From: Microbotryum violaceum | Lineage: Eukaryota | Length of the DNA stretch: 64,000 nt | Direction: 5' to 3' | NCBI GenBank assembly: GCA_001244265.2 | Contig: LN717261.1 | Location: 1,565,591 to 1,629,590 of the forward strand | Shown here: piece by piece, positions 59,081 to 64,000 of the stretch | Numbering within the stretch: the stretch's first letter is position 1 | Layout of the letters: every line of letters starts with the position of its first letter | Notes under the pieces: generated by a model | The model's input: only the letters and a program-made list of their open reading frames with translations | Told to the model about the DNA's origin: nothing | Databases searched by the model: none | Translations under genes and position numbers: made by a program

Positions 59081-60573
59081 GACTATCCAAAGGTACTGTG
59101 ACAAATCTATTCAAACGAGAGGAGAGCAAATTGTCTCAGTTGTGGGCAAGGCCCGTGGGAGGGGCGCACCCCTCACACGAGGCGTCTTGTCCGAGTGCGC
59201 CGTCTCTTGCCTCCCCCGCCGCGTCGCGTCGTCTATGCCATCATCGTCATTATCCTACGTTCTCGCTTCAGCCAGCTTCGACGAAAGTATCTAGATGCTC
59301 CGGATATCGAGCTCCTTGACGATGATTTCGAGCGAATGGCACCCTTCTTGGACGTGAGGGTGTCTTGAGCTTCTCGCCTTCCGCTTCGACAACCCACTGC
59401 AGACACCCAGATAACCCAGATACAGCTTTCGTGGTCGACAGACGAGCCTCTCGAGTGTGATACTCTTCCTAGGCCGCTCGATGCTTGGAGGGACAAGTTC
59501 AAGGATCGTGGAGCAATTACTGCGGCGCGTAAGCAAGGTTACCGCGCGTGTCAGGAGTTGCGAGGCGAGGTCCATTCGTTGGACAGGACAAGGCACCTTC
59601 AGTCGCTTTTCGACCGCAAACGAGACGAAAAACATAGGATACATCGAAGACGGACGTAAAGAAGTGAGCTGCAATTGTGTGCTCTGCACATATGGCCCAG
59701 AGAGTGCTCATCAATAATGTTCATTCTTGCCCAGGTACGGATGCAATTGCGAGCAAAGCAATACACGGCAATCGCCAAGATCCCACCGTTTGGGTCGATC
59801 GACGGAAACGCCACGTCAGCTGCGCCTTTGAAAATCGGCTCTCTTGTCTGCTTTGTATTGAAACGAGGCCTAATACCTGTCAGTTGTGACGCCAGCAACA
59901 TAGGAGAAGAACAACTGTCGATTGGATTTGGTTTGAATATCTCACGGTAGCTAGCTTACTGCTTCGCAGAGTGACTGCAATCGATCTACCTCTTGTGGTA
60001 CGTTACATGTATACCATGGCCATGTTAAATCATAGGCAAAGAGGCAGGCAGTAAGTGCAGGTGAGGAGCCCTCGGCGAAGCAGAACCGAAACGGCTAGCG
60101 CGCGCGCGGGCTCCGGCGATTCTGTCCGGGCGAAAAACGTCCGGACGGCGTTTTCGCGATTTTTGGAGATGTTTTAGAGCATTTGAAGCAATTCTAGAGC
60201 TATTCTTTGAGGCGCGTAGATGGACTGGACATTTTGGGGACATTTTTGGGCGAAAATTCCAAAAAATGGTGGACAACGGGCTTCAGCTTCTCTTGCAGCG
60301 ATGATCGCCACCACGGCTACCCATTTGGACAACGGCAAACGCCACAGTTCCGCGCCTCCTTCTTTCCACACTCTGCACACCTCGTTTGTCTAGTACGAAC
60401 CACATAGCTCATCATCAACCCGCACAGGCTCGATCTAGCGCGCCACTAGCAGCTGCAGGGCGTATCGGCTAGGCTATCAGCACGCTTGCACTCTGCCAAG
60501 ACCTTTACGCTTTGTCGACAGCTTCGTAACATCGGTACGCCGTGTCGGGTCCGCATTTGTATGGTCATTCGCC

Positions 60574-62414
60574 ATGGTGAGCCTTCGGACTCGTCGTCCT
60601 CTGGAGTCTCCCCTCCGCCCCCGCTACTGCTTCTCCCTCCACCGCCGTAGTAGACACCAGAATCCTCACAGTGGCCCGACACTTGCTGTTGCAGCGCGAC
60701 TTCAATCCCGACCTGTACATTTCTCAACTGCGCCAATGCCGACATCTTCCCGAATCCGTAATGAAGCAGCTGTGCAACATTGTGCGCGCGCTGCTGATGG
60801 AGGAGTCGAATGTCCAGCCCGTGTCCTCCCCCGTGACCGTCTGCGGCGACATCCATGGACAGTTGTGGGACCTGCTCGAGCTACTCCGGGTGGGAGGGGA
60901 TTGTCCTTCGACATCCTATATCTTCATGGTAAGTGGTGTACGACTTGCTCGTACAAAAACCGCCGTAAGCGTCTGACAGTCCCTCTTATTTTCAATTTTC
61001 GGGGCATCCCCCCCGAGAAGGGCGATTTCGTTGACCGGGGGTACTACAGTCTAGAGACGCTCTCACTGTTGCTAACGTTGAAGGCCAAGTGAGTCGCTCT
61101 CCTTGGAGCTGGTTCATACCTATTCGACCTCGATCGACTTCAAATGCTGGCAGTGTTCCCATACGTGGCTTTCGTATTCGGGCAGGTACCCGGACCGCGT
61201 GACATTACTCAGGGGCAACCACGAGTCCCGACAAATCACGCAAGTGTATGGCTTTTATGGTCCGTCTCCTCGCCATATTTCGCTCATCAGGCGTGCAGTA
61301 CGAGCTGAAAATGGGTGCGGATCGAACCCCTGCGCCGTGCGCAGACGAGTGCCTACAAAAGTACGGCAATGCCAACGTATGGAAGGCGTGTTGCTCGGTC
61401 TTCGATTACCTGAATCTCGCAGCTGTAAGCATGTTTAACGATCGATAGAGGGAGGTCCGCCGGACTGACCAATTGAGCCTTTGGCCTTGTGGATGTCTAG
61501 GTCGTGGATGGGTCCATATTGTGTGTACACGGCGGTCTCTCTCCTGAGCTCCGTACTTTGGACCAAATACGAGTTATCGCGCGGGCCCAGGAGATTCCCC
61601 ACGAAGGCGCATTCTGCGGTACGCCTTTGAATGCGAGATAGAACTCGGTCCGCATCTACGCTTCATGCACTTACGTTTCGAAATGGTCGTCCTTTATCTA
61701 GATCTGATGTGGTCCGACCCAGACGAGGTCGAGACATGGTCCATATCACCTCGAGGTGCCGGGTGGCTGTTCGGGGCGCGCGTGACCAATGAGGCAAGAT
61801 TTCCCGCAACTCGAGCGAACCCCACACATTCTCAGGGCTGACGTCGCATTCTGCTATGTTGTCGGGTTTATCAAAAGTTCAATCTTGTGAACCAGCTCAC
61901 CTTGATTGCGCGGGCCCACCAACTGGTCCAGGAAGGCTACAAGTTCATGTTCGCGCCCGAGAACAACCTCGTGACCGTCTGGTCAGCCCCGAATTATTGC
62001 TACTGCTGTGGCAACGTCGCGAGCGTGATGCAAGTACGTGAGGGCACAGTCGTCGACAGGGATAGCTTCAAGATCTTTGAAGCAGGTGCGCATTTTCCTG
62101 TCAAAGCCAAGACCCGAAACCAAGGGCTTTTCTTGTGTAGAGACTTAGCCTCCCGCTAATGTCGGTCTCCCTCTGGCCGCCACTAAATTTCGCTTTTTCG
62201 CGTCATGCCGTACAATACCGTATCCACCGATCCTCACCCACCTGTCTCACTGCACTCTCGTATCACTATGCTGCTTTTCTGGCCACAGTGCCCAATCAGG
62301 ACAAAAGTAATCCAAATCGGTCTGCAGCCTCGGTAAGTGGGAGCTTCGAAAAGCACAGCTGCAATAGTGGCTGACGACCTTCCACATGCTGTGAATCAGA
62401 GCTATTTCTTGTGA
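60574..62414 (+). CDS. PPP-family Ser/Thr phosphatase catalytic subunit, PP6/Sit4/Ppe1-like, multi-exon
   Basis: [56 protein letters not shown]-terminal YFL*. Confidence 0.92.
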
Positions 62415-62470
62415 TTCGAGAATGTGCACATCATCCCGTTGCGGAAACAGAACACATCTGCGGAACCACA

Positions 62471-63279
62471 CTACGCAAATGGATTGGCGATCTCTTCGGA
62501 CCTGTGATGATAGAGTGCAAGGACGTCAAGAACCCGGGTGATCATGCAGTAAAGAGACTTGATAACCGCAGCAGAACTTACCCGTCAAGTGGGTTTAGAA
62601 CAATCAGGCTGGTGCCGCGGATGACGGCGAGCCCGAGTGAGCGTGTTCTCCTCGGTGCGAGCAGGAGACCGGTGGTGGGATCTGCGAGATCCGACAGAAG
62701 CCAGTGGTCAGATTCGAACAAGAGCGTAATAAAGTCGGCTGTGCACTTCGCGAGAGCAGTCCCGATGCATTCGATCCGACGGGCCTCGTACCTCGTAGTG
62801 CTTCTTCGATATCGTCCATGACGAGATTGAGCAATTGATCGTACCCTTTCAGCGTGCCAGTGACTGCAGAGTGGAGATCATGCACGAGGCGTCCTCGGCG
62901 AAGGCGAGGAGCACAGGGTCAGATCCGAACCGACCACACTGCAAAAAAGGGAGTAGGGCCGCACCCTCGCGACCTCCTGTGAACTTAACACGGATCTGCT
63001 TGTCAATGAACTTGCTCAGATCCAGTATCGCTTCGCGGCGAGGTTTGTCGTCGCGAGACCCGGGCGTGGACCGTGCGCCTCGGGCCGCACCACTGCCACG
63101 GCCCCGACCACCTCGACCCTGCAATTGCACCGAGAAGGGTGGTCATCGTCAGTACAAGAAGCGAGTCAGCCAGCCCAAGAGCTTTGCGAGGCGCGCGGGT
63201 CGGGGGCGTCGAGAGGAGCTCAGCGCTCAGGGCCGAGGAAGAGACTTGCTGGACCATCACGTACTAGATTGTCGCTCAT
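62471..63279 (-). CDS. LSM7: U6 snRNA-associated Sm-like protein LSm7, multi-exon
   Basis: KPRREAILDLSKFIDKQIRVKFTGGRE|VTGTLKGYDQLLNLVMDD..RSLGLAVIRG..SEEIANPFA*. Start exon (MSDNL) inferred. Confidence 0.9.
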
Positions 63280-63877
63280 TCGAAAGGAAGATGGTCTCGA
63301 CAAGAGCGAAAGCGGTCGTCTCCTCTCGTTTCGTCTAATCTTGCCCCGCTCGTTTGTTCGAATCGGGCCTGTCTGTGATGAAGGCGGGGTGCCTGCCGCT
63401 GACGTGGACGAGGTAAGGCAGCGAAGAACGTGGCTTACTGCATACTACTGCATCTGGCGCCTCCACCTGGCTCCGCGCGCGCTACTCGCGCGCTCACCCA
63501 TGATTAGGAACTACTACCGGAGGTGGATTAGTCAGCACCTAGTCATCGATTAAGCGGTTCATAATAATCTGCACACCACTGGCGCATCCTTCCCAACTCT
63601 GCTCGATCGAGCTGTATCGCGGCGCGTATTGCTCCTTTGCCCTCGTTCGCCGGTTTGCCCTCTCTCCCTAGTCTCATCGTACCTGCTTACCTAGCACTTG
63701 CTTCGCCGCAGCGCCTGTCGACTGTCAGCAGCCGTTTGCCTGTTTGCGCGCAGTTTGCCTCGCATAGCTAGGCCCGCCCGCATCGCCTGCCCTTTTCACG
63801 GTGCACGCGCTCGCGCTTCTCCGACCACTCAACACGACTACGACGCGCTAGCGCTCATCAGTCGGCCCACGGCGCCG

Positions 63878-63925
63878 CTCACCTCGCCTCGCCTCACCTC
63901 GCCTCGCCTCACCTCGCCTCGCCTC
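63878..63925. repeat. (CCTCG/CCTCA)n pentanucleotide microsatellite directly upstream of an ATG
   Basis: About 9-10 tandem units. Confidence 0.9.
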
Positions 63926-63929
63926 CGCC

Positions 63930-64000
63930 ATGGACGCCTCGACACTCTTGGCTGCGACCTTGTCGCCGAATGCGCAGGAACGCGAGAATGCGACCGTTCA
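63930..64000 (+). CDS. Probable importin beta-family N-terminus (runs off the window)
   Basis: GCCATGG context; MDASTLLAATLSPNAQERENATV resembles the IBN_N start of fungal Kap95. Confidence 0.6.
   Translation, partial: MDASTLLAATLSPNAQERENATV

Larger units (their letters stand above)
55771..60276 (+). mobile_element. Internally deleted AGGAC-family TIR element with nested insertions; right TIR missing
   Basis: Left TIR AGGACCCCGAAAGCCCGGCCTGAGGCGCGTAG. 55771-56088 and 59190-59530 match 9746-10510. 59540-59960 matches the rc of 36650-37060. Ends ~69 bp short of the right terminus. Confidence 0.85.

Overview
Eukaryotic (fungal, basidiomycete-type) DNA: short GT-AG introns, host genes FGGY kinase, PP6/Sit4-like phosphatase, LSM7 and importin-beta. 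About 85% of the window is nested, decayed transposable elements. These include Helitrons (one degraded RepHel, several non-autonomous copies, 8 hairpin+CTRR 3' ends), a chromodomain Ty3/Gypsy element with a self-priming-type PBS plus a solo LTR, two Ty1/Copia elements with nested insertions, L1/Tx1-like LINEs, an AcademH-like element (transposase + RecQ-like helicase fragments) and a P-element-like DDE family with AGGAC... TIRs and 8-bp TSD. The TE density and TCG->TTG hypermutation suggest Pucciniomycotina (Microbotryum-like), possibly a non-recombining region; this is inference. Highlights: (1) a ~20 kb inversion readable from a swapped TSD and a split AcademH-like element; (2) the P-like AGGAC transposon family; (3) small TG..CA insertions whose junctions form in-frame GT-AG introns; (4) an 11-nt self-priming PBS; (5) a 295-bp foldback made of two Helitron 3' ends. 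All calls were made by eye without database searches; boundaries marked ~ are approximate.
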